From Orbicella franksi (lineage: Eukaryota), in NCBI GenBank assembly GCA_964199315.1, contig OZ116698.1, positions 19,778,001 through 19,842,000 of the forward strand: a stretch of DNA of 64,000 bases. The letters are read 5' to 3'. The notes beneath the pieces are model-generated. The model was not told the DNA's origin. It saw only the letters and a list, made by a program, of their open reading frames with translations, and made no database searches. Below, in pieces: positions 1 to 16,303 of the stretch; position 1 is the first letter of the stretch, and every line of letters begins with the position of its first letter. The position numbers and the translations under genes were made by a program.

Positions 1-135
1 ACTGCCATGGCCACTATCAATCATTCTTTTTCTTCATAAATGGAAATGAGCAGCTGAGTCAATGGAAACTAAAAATCGAGAGACAAATTTAAACCTTTTA
101 ATAACCCACATGTACATTGTCCGTGAACAACATAC

Positions 136-3100
136 CTGGGTTGGACCTGACAGCTCTTTACCCTCATCATCAACACCAGCACGTGCTAGCATGGAATCCA
201 TGGCATGCTAAAAATAAAAACAAAGGGAACAATCAAAGAAAGTCAGCCACTGGCCAAGTACAATGCAGATATAGCAACAATGAAGCATCAGCAAAATTGA
301 TCTTCGTTTAAAATCTTCCACAGTCAGTGTTTCAGAGCCTACAGTGTAATCGGTGAAATGACCCTACTCCCTATTATGGCAAAAGTAATTGTTAACAAGA
401 TATGAGAAAGCACAATCTCATTTTCAATACCTTTAATTTCAGCACTTCTTGCCTCCCAGTTGGTTTCCTTTAACAGGTCAAATGTCAAAAAGTAATACTT
501 TTTTATATAAATTTTACAACAATCAATTTGTGAATATAATTAAATAACATATATTTCAGCAAATGATAAACTTACATGTAGTTGGATGCAATGTAAACAA
601 GAATAATACTCTGACTTACTACTATACACATACATGTAGATTTGCAGTACCATGCAAAAAAAATGTAAAGTTGACCATTTCTTTTGAGTCTCAATTAATA
701 TTCTCAACTACAATGTACATGTACTCGAATCTTGTGTTTATGATCCTATTGGACATTGCTATTTAAAATCAAATCATTAGTAATTAAAAAATGGATATCA
801 TATTAACACTAACTTAAATGTTTGGCTGACAGTTCACTCACATTGAAGGAAAAACAGTCAGATGGTCCTCATGGCCCTTCACATAAGTTGTGTATTTGCT
901 GCAATAAAAAAAAAAAGTGTTTGCCCATCTTACTTTGTAATGATTTGACTCATCTTAAAAATTCTTACAATTACCTCACAATTCTCATTAAAAAAATAAA
1001 CATTAAAAGAAACAATATAAATGTAATCAGTGGGAAGAATTTGATATTCTGATGTTGCCGGGTTGCAAAGGGCTGAATCATTGGTGAGACTTATTTCTAT
1101 AGCTTGTCAAACTGACTAATGTGGTTCTTTAAGCTACCTTTGGTACAATTAGAATGTTCCTGTTTTTTGATATCCATTATAATATATTTCCATGTACCAG
1201 AACAAAGTAAAATAGCTAATTGTACCTAGGGTAAATTAAATACACAACAACCGTACTGCATTTAAATTAATACGTACATTAATTATATGGCTGCATCTCA
1301 CAAGGACTGGGAACTACCAAATTCATGAATTTGATTGGCTGAAATCGATATTGAAAGCGGTCTAGTTTTTCCCATCTAGACCGGCATCTGGACTGGTTAT
1401 ATTTTGCAGTGAAAAAGTTGCAGACTAAAATACAAAAATATTGACTATTTTCTTCTAACAATATTTATTTATGGAAGTTCCAAAAAGCCCGATGAGAAAG
1501 AAAAAATAAAGGGGACAAGCAAACTTTGGCAGAATTAAGTTTGGCTCATTGCCATTCACAAGCAAAATGTCAGCTAGTACAAACCAGTTACATTCAATGA
1601 ATTAAATTGTTCTTGTTCTCTAGTGCCATATAATACACATCTAATTAACTGAGCTTAGTCGGTCTGTATGGGGGAATCGTGACCTCGGTCATGTGTACAG
1701 ACTTCACTGCATTCGGTCTGTACGCATGGCCTCGGTCAAGATTCTCCCATACTGACCTCCTACTCAGTTAATTAGAGCTACATGTAAGTATGACTTGTTT
1801 GAAACTTATCACCCTAACAATACAAGGCCGACCATCTAATAAATAAAACATAGACATACTCTTCCTGAAACTCTAATCCCATGACACCTGGATTCTTGAC
1901 AATATGGTATTCAGATGGAATAAGGCTGTTAGGAATCTGTGACCCCCCTTCCTGTAAGAGAAAACACAGAATTTAGAGTATATTTATTTAAATTAAAGTC
2001 AATATGATTGAGATTAGTACAATGCCACTGATATACAGTGTATATGAGCAAGCAAGGACAACGTTGAATACTACTAGTGACTGACTGCCAGGAACAACTT
2101 GAGAGAGTCAGTAGGAGGAGCCACTACACCTTGATACATGTATGTGCATAATTACATTGGTCTGGAATGCAAAGACCTTTACAGAAATTGGCCACACATA
2201 CAACTGTATACATGTAGTTAAATGAAGTTAGTACATGTACCACATAAGACCAAACCTAACATAATAGAACTGGTCTACATCTAAAACACAACTGCACTGA
2301 TCAGAACTCAAAACAAAAATGCATCCATTTGATGACAAGCAATGGACAACTGTAACATCAAGATTTAGTCTTGGTTAAATGCTTTTGTTCACTTAGATGA
2401 AAAATGCTTGCTGTTGTTAGTAAGGGAATGTACTGTACTTTCTAACATTTTATGTCACTTAAATCTTCCAGCCTCATTTTACATGTTCTTTCATCAATAA
2501 AACTTTACCATGTTGCCCTGGTCAATTTCTCCTTTACTTTTCTCCACAGGTTCCAGTTGTCTGTCTGGTGGTGACGCCTTGTTTTTGTCAGAAGACAGTA
2601 TGGACAGGGTTTTTCCAGCAGAGTCTAGGGATGTCTTCTCAGGCATGGTGGCATCATACAAAAAAGAAATGTCCCTGTAAATAAAACATTTTTATTGTTT
2701 TTATTAAATTAACCTTCATTCACTAAAAGATGCATGATGAGTGTGATAGATCTTTGGGCATATGAAACGGAGCTGTAGCAATAAAGTGATGAATAATATC
2801 TGAAGCCTAGATCTACATTAACAAAATAATATACATGTATATGTTGTAGGTAATTTTTTTCTTCAGGTAAATTTGATTTTTACCTAGGTAATATTTTTTT
2901 AACTAGGTAATTTTAAAACAAATTTTTTTACCTGGATATTTTTAATCTGTTATGATGCATAAATTAAGTTTGGACCGAGGTGAGTCTGGGACCCAAAAAA
3001 GCAATAATTAGGAGAAAAAAAAGAAATTTTTTCAACTTGAGCTGTGTAGTCTAGTGGAGATCGAGATGGACATGTAATCTGAAGGTCTTGGGTTCAACAC

Positions 3101-5807
3101 ACGGTAGGTACTTGTAATTTCCTCCTTCCTTTGAAATTAATAATTAGATAGGAAAATAAGAAGAGGTAGGCGTAGAATAGGGAGATAGTGAAAGAGAAGA
3201 AGTAGGTGGGAGCAGGGAGAGATGAAGAGAAGAGTAGGAAATGAGATTTTTCTCCTCCTTTTTTATTTTTCTTTTCTTTTTAGAGCCCCCTAAAAATACC
3301 AGGCCCCTATTTTTAACCACACCCCATAAATTAAAACCCTTTTTAGTTAGTTGACTGAAACAGAGCAAGAGAAAAATTACCTGGTTAAAAAAAAAAATAC
3401 CTAGTTAAATAATAAATTTACCTAGTTAACAAATTACCTACTGAACATTTTTAACTGCAACATATATACCGCATTACATGTATATTATTTTACATGTACA
3501 ATACAACAATTAAGTAAATTTTAAAAACATTTTGAATAGAGGAATTAGCCCATTCCAAGGATATATTAAAACTATTTAATTTGTCTCTCTTTAACTAGAC
3601 CTGCCTTTTAATACCCTCAAAACTGATTTTAGCAACTGTGAAAACATTTTAGCCATGACACGAATTTAAGGGGTTTGTGCAATTATGATGCAAAACTACA
3701 TAAAACCTGCAGTTGTGCAGTCAGTCAGAGGCATGCCTTCACATACATGTAGCTTGCTAGATCGAGTACAAAATCCTGATCATATTCATCTGTATGGAAT
3801 CCATCAGCTCAAAGTGTCTTGCTAGACTGTTTAGTAACAAGCTGTTCAATGTACCTTAAAGGTGTCTCAAATGTTAACTCCACACATACACATATGGATC
3901 ATGTGATTACACTTCCTTTGGCACATGCACATTACCTTCCTGCTCCACATACACAAGGGGGCTGCTGTGTAAGGTGTTTGAACTTTTCTCTCCCTTTGGG
4001 AAAATTCCAAACATTAGCTGGCCTTCTACAAGCAGGTGGAGTAATCTAAAAATATGAAAGAAATTAAACAGTGATTTTCCAAGGTGAAATGTGACAACTA
4101 CAGCAAGAATTAAGGGCACTTCTGTAATGACAAACTGTCTCAGTCATATCAAAAAAACAGAGTAGAGGATTTAATTAAACTTATTAATTTGACCTTATAA
4201 ATTTATTTGCAGTCTCTGTTATATCTACATAATACTTATACTCTGCTGGGAAAACATTGGCTGATCATAATACAGTTAAAGTCATAATCAGTTTAAGTTA
4301 GAATCCTTTGCTTCAATTCTGCAACCAAAGGCAGTTTTTTTGGACAAAAGCAAAATGATCGGCTTTAAATTTTTCATAAATATTATACTTCATGTTGAGA
4401 ACTGCACAAAATGAAAACAAGATTAGTTTTCACTTGCACGTGAGAATGCCATTAGCCAGCAGCTAGGTCAAGGTATTTAAAAACATGGTGACCTTTTAAG
4501 GCCAACACTGTAATCAGAAAATTAGGGCAAAAACTGAGACAAGCAGATGTTTCAACAGAATGGTCAAGACTTACACCTTATCACCTTTTTTGATGGAATC
4601 ACCTTGAGTTTGCCACTTGTATTTAATACATATATACTGAAGCTCTTAAACTGGTCAGTGTAAAATACAGACTGCAGCCTGCAGACTGTGAACCGGGTGT
4701 AAAATGTAGAGTGTAGGTTAAGGTAGGTAAAGTCTGCATACGAGCCAAGTGGCCCACCAGGCCGGAGCTTGTCCCGGTTTCTGTAGTATGAGGCGACTAG
4801 TTAGATTTCTACCACCCCCCCCCCCCCCGCCTCCTTCCCCCTAGATAGGATGCTAGTCCATTGCAGGGTTACCCCCAACATTTAATTCGCCAGTACCCAT
4901 CTGTACACGTGGGTGGAGAAAGGCACCGTGAGAGTTAAGTGTCTTTCCTATTAACACAACATGATGTCCCCAACCAGAGCTAAAACCCAGACTGCTTGAT
5001 CTGGAGTGTAGTGTACTTATATGTACATGTACCATGAAGCCACCACACCTCACTGCAGACTGCAAACCAGGGGTAAAATGCAGACTTTTTAACTGACTCA
5101 TGTTTATTTTACCATTTCCATAACTGAGAGCTAAACATAACAGGGCTACATGTAACCAGAGCATTTTCCAGACTACCTTGTGTAATATTCAGGCTAACTG
5201 GGGTGATATTCAGGCTAACTGGAGTGTAGCCTTCCACTAAAACAATTAGCCTGAATAACCCTGTTTACGGTTAGCAATCCATAATGGAAATAATACGATA
5301 TATAGTTAACAAGACTCTAGTCTGCCGTCTGCATTTTACCCGCAGTCTGCATTTTATCCCTGGTCTGCAGTCTACATGTTACACTGACCGCTTCTAAACA
5401 CGTTTTAGCGCTACTTATTCTACCAACACTACCCTTACAATACGCTTATAACTATGGCTTACCTCTAGAGGTTTTAGCTTTTTATGTTTCGTTGGCGGTC
5501 CTAGCTGTTCCCGTGAAGGCGGAGTGGGATTCTGTGTCAAACTGTTCAAAATGTCATCGGGAATGAAATCATTAATTCCTGTTAGAAACGTTTTATCTCG
5601 GTCCAAAATATCGCTTCTACCACCTAAATCAACGATTTCATGTCTTTTTTCCTCCGTATGAGGCTTTCCACCTTCGAGTATTGGCAAAACACACGGTGTA
5701 CTAGGAGTCTTTGCAAGTTTGTTTTTGGTCCTAGAGGCTCGCGTAGAACTTTCCCCAGGAGAAATGTGCGGTGATTCACTTGGTTTCACCGCTGTGGAGA
5801 CGCTCAT
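136..5807 (-). CDS. AXDND1: Axonemal dynein light chain domain-containing protein 1, 5' part (7 coding exons; gene continues beyond left edge)
   Basis: Phase-consistent GT-AG exons 5807-5463, 4045-3936, 2674-2509, 1951-1860, 898-842, 467-431, 207-136 (293 codons). Translation MSVSTAVKPS...NDFIPDDILNSL...REKFKHLTQQPPCVCGAGRDISFLYD...NSLIPSEYHIVKNPGVMGLEFQEDKYTT...VFPSMKPTGRQEVLKLKHAMDSMLARAGV...GPTQ matches recalled AXDND1 motifs (GAGRDISFLYD, SLIPEEFHIV, DKYTT, FPSMKP, MLERAGV). Confidence 0.85.
3040..3112 (+). mobile_element. Degenerate tRNA-like/SINE head
   Basis: A-box-like TAGTCTAGTGG and B-box-like GGTTCAAC at tRNA spacing, but no intact cloverleaf. Confidence 0.3.
4653..5389. mobile_element. 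Non-autonomous TIR element with a nested SINE-like repeat (~4719-5010) in AXDND1 intron 1
   Basis: Termini GGTCAGTGTAA...TTACACTGACC with inverted GCAGACTGCAG subterminal repeats. The inner segment is shared with 31553-31826. Confidence 0.6.
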
Positions 5808-5963
5808 CCTCACAGTTGAAGAGTGAAAAGTATTAGTGAATCAAAATAACGTAAGTAGTTGATGGTCCGAAAAGTTAACACAAGAAAAGGCTTCCAAAAT
5901 ATTTACAAGGTCAAACTCTAAATTGTCATCCGCCATGTTTTTCACTCCTTTGTAATGTCCCAT

Positions 5964-5978
5964 GTTGCCACTGGTTAC
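5964..5978 (-). promoter_or_regulatory. RFX X-box upstream of AXDND1
   Basis: GTAACCAGTGGCAAC on the minus strand fits the GTNRCC-N(0-3)-RGYAAC consensus exactly, ~160 bp upstream of the ATG of a ciliary gene. Confidence 0.55.
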
Positions 5979-6439
5979 GACAGGCTCTCTTGTCTCCAAG
6001 CCCTCACGACTATCGTGGTCGCGCTCGCGCATTTACGCGCGCGTTATTTTGAGCAATCCGAAAGCAAAACAAAATTTTAAATGTTGCCGACATAATTTTG
6101 CAAGAGAATCCAAAAGCTATAAAGCGTGTGTCACAATAAAAGTTACGCATTTATAGAAAAGCCGAGGTTTATCTGTTGGAACTTTTTTATGTTACTCTGT
6201 ATTTTTTTTAGGAATTTTAAACACAAGCGACTTCACGGAAAATTGGCATTGCATTCTCTTCACTTTGTTGACCGTCATTAAGGTAAATAGTTACCCATCT
6301 TTCAGCTATAATTGGGAGAGTTTTTTGAGCACAAATCATAAGCATAACGTTGTTAAAATTCGTGAGTAATGTGAACGATCACACATCACACGTGCTTAAT
6401 TTTTTTTTTCCCACTTTATATCATCTAATGCAATTTTCT

Positions 6440-6810
6440 AGGCCATCCACAGTTCACACTATGCCGGATGAATTTAAAAATGGAGGTTTCACTCTGAAAA
6501 CGAATCGCATTACGCCGGAGGAATTTAAAAACGCAACAATCATCAGTCATTTAGGGTTTTTGTTTGAAAAAAAACTCGCACAGGGAAATCACATGATTAT
6601 CGCGACTGCATCGTTTACACAAATAAAAGCTCCGTTTACAAATTCTTTTTCCGTCCACACCAAAACGCAAAGCCGATGTTTTCAAATTCCTCCGATTTGA
6701 AGAGCGTTTAAGAAAATCTCTGTTTTCGTGACGGATTAGGGTGGACTATAGGCCTAACCGTAGAAATAAACTCGTTTTCAAATTTTTCCGACCAATTGTG
6801 GACGAGGCCT
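6440..6810. mobile_element. MITE-like element
   Basis: Termini AGGCC.TCCACA...TGTGGACGAGGCCT, with internal repeated GCCGGA.GAATTTAAAAA. Confidence 0.5.
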
Positions 6811-7738
6811 CAGGGTAGGGTCTAGGCGGTGTTGGGGGGGGGGGGGGGATCATGTTTGTCATGGCCCTTCAGTCTGCGTGTGAATGCATTCCAAAACTAG
6901 AGTTAGTATGAGTGCGAGACTGAATACCAGTAGGACTTTTCAATTCTGATGAATCCGATTGTCTCGTTTGTCAAAAGTCCTGCTCAACCAAGCCAACTGG
7001 TCCACAGAGCTGGGAGGAGCGAAGTTTCTGTTAGTAACTGGGTTAAAATTCAAACCAGCTCTCAACCTCTCACTTACCCTGCTAACTCATGATATTCTCA
7101 CTGCTTTCTAAAGATCCCTTTGCCTTCTAATCTGAGCAGTAGCGGCTCCTAGATCATGTGCACCGGATAAGTTCATTTCTCTAGCTAAATAGAAACATGT
7201 GCGACTTCACCGCTTGCTCGAAACTCCAAGTAATAAACCCTTTGACCAGACTAGCTTAGTATCTTGTCTTGATTGTTAGCATTCGTACTATTATTAGAGA
7301 TAGACAATAAGATTTGAGGGGTAAGTTCTTGTTTATTTGTAATTCCTAGCATGTTGCCGGGTCATTATATTGTAATAAGTATTACAAATCAAGATTTTGG
7401 CTTAATAAAAAGCTTATTAAAAAGTTTTTTTTTTTCTTTGTATTTTTTAACGAAAAGATTTCCAAATGGCATTTAATGTCTCGGAGCTCCGTGTTGCGAA
7501 ATTCAGACCCATTACTGCCATTAGGGAACAGCAACTAATCAAAATGTTTCTCTATTTGCACAAGGTTGTCATATAATTAGAATATTGTCTTGTGTATGGA
7601 ATAAGTTGTCGACTAAATGACATCTTTTGCATGCAATTTTCTCTTGTTTTATTTTAATGTTATGAAAGAAGCGCAGGTGTTCGTAGTTGGTAGCCTCTTT
7701 CAAAATGTTCAAGACCGGAAGGATACTGGCTTCCGTCT

Positions 7739-7767
7739 GTGACGTCACATGTAAAGCGTACGTGGCA
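7739..7767. promoter_or_regulatory. CRE palindrome and CREB3/CrebA-type site upstream of SURF4
   Basis: GTGACGTCAC at 7739-7748 and ACGTGGCA (reverse complement TGCCACGT) at 7760-7767, ~90-120 bp before the SURF4 ATG. Confidence 0.4.
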
Positions 7768-7803
7768 CAATCCCGTAGCGTATTATGGTCTACAGTCCTA
7801 TAG

Positions 7804-11636
<3,833 letters not shown>

Positions 11637-14600
11637 AGCGGGAAAAGATTGATGTAGACATTTTTCAACAAACAGGAGTGAATTTTAATCATAATCCTTT
11701 CAGTTATTAGCTCAAGATAGTGGTTCTTTCTGCCGTACATAATTTCCATTGAACACTGTAAGTTTTGAGAAACGTGGGTACAGTAGTTTGTCACTATGAT
11801 ATCAGTCTCCTAGTTTAAATCCATTATTTTCATCAACAATGTAGATTTGTCAGTAAAGAGAAAGTTATGGTGGTCGTCCTGGAATGCAAAGGGTTAAAGG
11901 AATGAATGTTTGTCAAACATTCTCATTTTGGAGGGTTGTCCAGTACACCTGAACTGAGTCTGATCGACTAAGATGGTTAACAACCCAACACACCAGAGGT
12001 TTTGTCGCAAGATACAACTCGTTCTGAGTTGGATTATTGCAACCCATCTCATGAACAGTCGACCTGACTTTTTTTGTGTGTATTGGACATGGGTGTAATT
12101 TCACGGCTAACTTGTGAAGTCTTATAACTCACTTGAATAATGTAAAGTGTATGGGTTTGTGCTTTCAGAAAATTGTGGAAGTTGTACATGTAAGTCTATG
12201 CTCCCTTTATAGTGTGTATCACTGTGTGGTGCTTTGGGTTTAAAATTCTCCTGTTTTTATAACTTAACTGATTTCTAATGACAACCATCAGATTTATGAT
12301 ACAGATTTAATTTTTGTTTTGCTCAGTGCTTCAGCTGCAATGGCCGCAACATGATTTTTCATGTTTAGTATTACAAAAAGAGTCGTAACTACATGTAATA
12401 AATTATAATATTTCATCTCTACATTTTTGGACATTTGTTATTTTGACTTCAGATTTCCTAAGAAAGTTAATTGCATGAATGTCTGTTAACATAAGGCTCT
12501 CGTTAACTTTTTCATTAGTTGGTCAGACTTTCCTTACTTTTTTGCAGTACATTTTGCAGAACCATGACACTTATTTTTTAGTGAAAGCTCTAACTGTTGC
12601 TACACTGTACATGTATGGGTTGGACAAACTCAGCCAAGAACTCTCTAACAATGCAAACTGAGTCTTATATTTAAACATGTTATGGTTTCTCCCGAGTAGA
12701 GAAAATAGTTATAAGGGAACAAAATTTCACTTTTGGAGGAAGGAGGAGCATTTTTGAGTATTTTGATCACACATGCTAGAATATAACTTTTATTTATTGT
12801 GTTATAAGATCTGCAGTAGTCAAGCAAAAAAATCATAGTACTTACATTGTAAGTTTGTTTTCTAGTGAAAATTGTTGAGCTGTTGGATGTTGTGGTTCAA
12901 AAAACTCTTTGGGTATAAATTCTGATGTAGCTTCTCATAGGAGTCATAAGTAAAGCCACTGTAAAAACCAATGTCTGGAGTATTGGATTTGAAGTTTGTT
13001 CACAATATATTCAAGTTTGAATGAAATTTTATATTGTTAAGATGAAAGCACTGATTACAAAAGTAATGTATGTACCACTCATGGTGTTTTGCATGCTTAA
13101 TACCAGTACTTGTCATTGCCTAATACAAAAATGGTCTGCAAAAGAAACTCTGTTAGTTACTGAATGTGTTTAACTTTGGGGCAAAGTCTCAAAGGGAGTT
13201 TTACCTGACCCAGGTGTGATCCAGTCCTGTGTTCATACAGTATATGTGCAAATCTAATTCTTATAAGTATAGGTAATTGTATGAATGTGAGTGCAGTTAA
13301 GATTCACACCAAAAGTGGTTTTTGAAAATTATCTCAAAATTGCATAAGCTGTTAGTCGAGTGCAATTTGAAGAATGTTTCAATTATCAGGAGTAGTGTAA
13401 ATCTTTTATTAATTGCTCAAGGTTTGGTGCAATGACTATTAAAATATGACTGAGAAAACTGACAAAAACATTCAGGTTACAATAAATTGGTCCGCTCTCA
13501 GCCAATCATAAAGAAGAAATTTTCAGTCACATATAATAAAGTGTAAAACAGAATAACTCTTTTATGGCAACTGGTGTTATTGACAGAAACAGTTGTGTAT
13601 AATTCCTTCTCTCTCAGTCTTAAATGATTTAGACAGTAGTTGTTTAATATAGTTTTATCAAAATGAATTAACATTATTGGAATTTGAAGAGTTAAGGTAA
13701 ACACTGGCTGTTTTTGTTGTTGACATCAATATTGTTTTCTCATTTTTCTTCAAACTGGGAAAATGAAAGATTGTTGCCAGGAACCAGTTGTGATGGTGAA
13801 TTTCACAAAAAAAGTTTTCATTATTATTACCCTCTCCTATTTCTTTCAACATAATATTAGTTCCTGGTAACCGTTGCCGGGTGTTGGAAGAACATACATG
13901 TTGAGGAGAAGTTTTTTATCGTAATCACGAATCCCCAGTTAGATATTGTTTTTTCATTTAGCAAAATAAAATGTTGATAATCATAGCCATATACCACCTC
14001 TTAGTTATTGACCAATCAAGGCCAAAATATTTCACTGTAGAACTGTTATTAGGTAATGATTGTGATCATCTAAATTCATTTAATTTTGAAGCTATTGATG
14101 CCTGTGCCATTTAGATGCTTAACACGAAGCACTTCCAAACTTCCTCAGTTCAGAAATATGAAGCTAATAATTTATTAATATATAGTTTTATTTTTGTTTT
14201 TTGCAACATCAAGTGTATTCTATTACATAAAAGTACAACAAAACTTAATTTTAAAATGATGTAAAGGACAGAGTTGACAAACTCTGACATGGGAAAAATC
14301 ATGAGTGCATCATTAAACACCCTGAGTTATTATCATGTGGTTCTAACTTGTATTGTGTCCTTTTAACAACACAAACTTTATTTGTCATCAATGACAGTAC
14401 TGTACTTTTCAAAACCACCCTCAACCAGATAATCACACTATAAAAGCCACAATTACTGGGGAGAGAACCTGCCACAGTGTCAAGATACTAAAAGTCATCT
14501 GTATATCTTACCAATGCTCACATCTTAGGCATGCAGAGCTTTGTGTCTGGAGGTAAAAAAAAATTTGATCTCACACCTACATGCCCATTTTGAGATATCA

Positions 14601-14869
14601 CACCCTTAACTCACAATTCTTTCAAAAATATGTTAACTTGAACCAGTGAAAGTAAAAAAGTTAATGTAAGCTTATAAATGATCACAGGTACACTTCCCCA
14701 AATTCTCAGATTTTCAAAGAAAAAGTACTGGTTACTGCATTAATTTTGGTGGAAGACACCCTGGGACTCGGGGAGTGGTTAAATGTTCAAAATATCTTCA
14801 GAAATCTTTGTAAAAATCCTCAGAAATCTTTGCACATGTTTAGGGCATCCCAAAACTCCTGGCACCCCT

Positions 14870-15008
14870 GCAGTAAAATCCAGCAGGAATTGAAGATACA
14901 ATGCTACGAATAAGGCGTAGAATAAGTCGAAATGTAGAAGATATCACGCTGATTATTCCCTCGGTGATGTATCGAATTGTGTCGGTCAGGAACCCAGCAA
15001 GTTTGGCA
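14870..15008 (-). repeat. Inverted 139-bp copy of RNF26 coding sequence (source 18671-18809)
   Basis: The reverse complement aligns ungapped with 4 transition mismatches (~97% identity). Confidence 0.9.
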
Positions 15009-16303
15009 TTACAGTTGGCAGGTATGTATCAGTGGCACAGTTAAAATAGTTTGATAATGAACATGTGAATACAGGTTACCAAATTAAGTCTGGTTTGTTG
15101 AACTACTCACAAAATTTCTAGTTTTTGTGAATTAAATCAAATCAAAGAATTGCACTAACACTTGACACATGAAGAGTAAACAGGAACTTGTCACAACCCA
15201 GTAACTTAGAAAATAAAATCTGGGGGTGCAGTCTGATTGTCAGCCACCAACTAACAATAATAATATTGTTTCCCTAACTAATAATTTTATCCAGTGCACC
15301 AAAATTCAAGGGTGGCATGAATGATGACCCCAGATTTCAAATATTTGCACTTTCTTCACTTAAAACCTCCCTTAATTGCAGACAGCTATTTTGAGCATTA
15401 GTTTAGGTACAATAACAAGTTACTGTGGTACTTGTGCCTCACTTTATACAGAATTACATTATGGTGATCTATACAATGTAAGTGGGGTTTGACAATACTT
15501 GGACTTGTTGACAAGGAGCACATATGTCAGGCTCTGACTTAAAATATAGACCCCTATGATCTACAGTAGTCTCTTGTGCAGCTGTTTCCTGGGTTGTTAC
15601 TTCCATTTACTACAGGTAGGAGTGTTGCATAAGGAACTAAATATTGGCTGGGTAGGAGACTACCTGTGGACTTGATCTCTTAACAGAAACCACCTGTTGT
15701 AAGTGACCAGATGGTATTGCTGTTTCAATGGGTGCAGTGAAATGAAATCACCTGATGGAGGCAAGAGTCATGCAGGTGACTGAAACATTACTGATACAGG
15801 ATTCCAGATATAGACTACAAGTAGTCCCTCTTTCGCTTAGCCCGTCATGCATGACATAAAAGAAAACCGCGAGAAAAAAATGGCCACGCAAAATCCTGGA
15901 GGCGAGGAGCATGCATACATCATTACTTTCAAAGGCATTGTCATCTAAGAAATCAAACTGGTCAACAAATGTAAGAATGATCAAATCATCAGTTCAATTA
16001 AGTTTTACAAATATGTTGTTGAGTCAGGAGCATGGCCTTGTCAATTTTTTTTTTTTAATTTTTATTTTTTTTAATTTGAGAACACTCCCTTATCTGAGTA
16101 CCCTGCTGAAAACACAAGGCACCATTCAGAAATATCGCTTTAAACATGATTGACACTAGAACACTTCTAATACATGGATATATATACGTAGCTTAACTGC
16201 ATAAAATTTATTCTAAGATTAGTCAATGGATTTCCAAATTAGGTTGAATCGATTAATATGTAATTTTAAGGTACATTTGGTGACAGGTTGGAAACCATCC
16301 CTC

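Noticed and set aside
3040-3112. tRNA gene
   Set aside because: A/B-box-like motifs are present, but the acceptor and anticodon stems do not pair; treated as a SINE-like relic.
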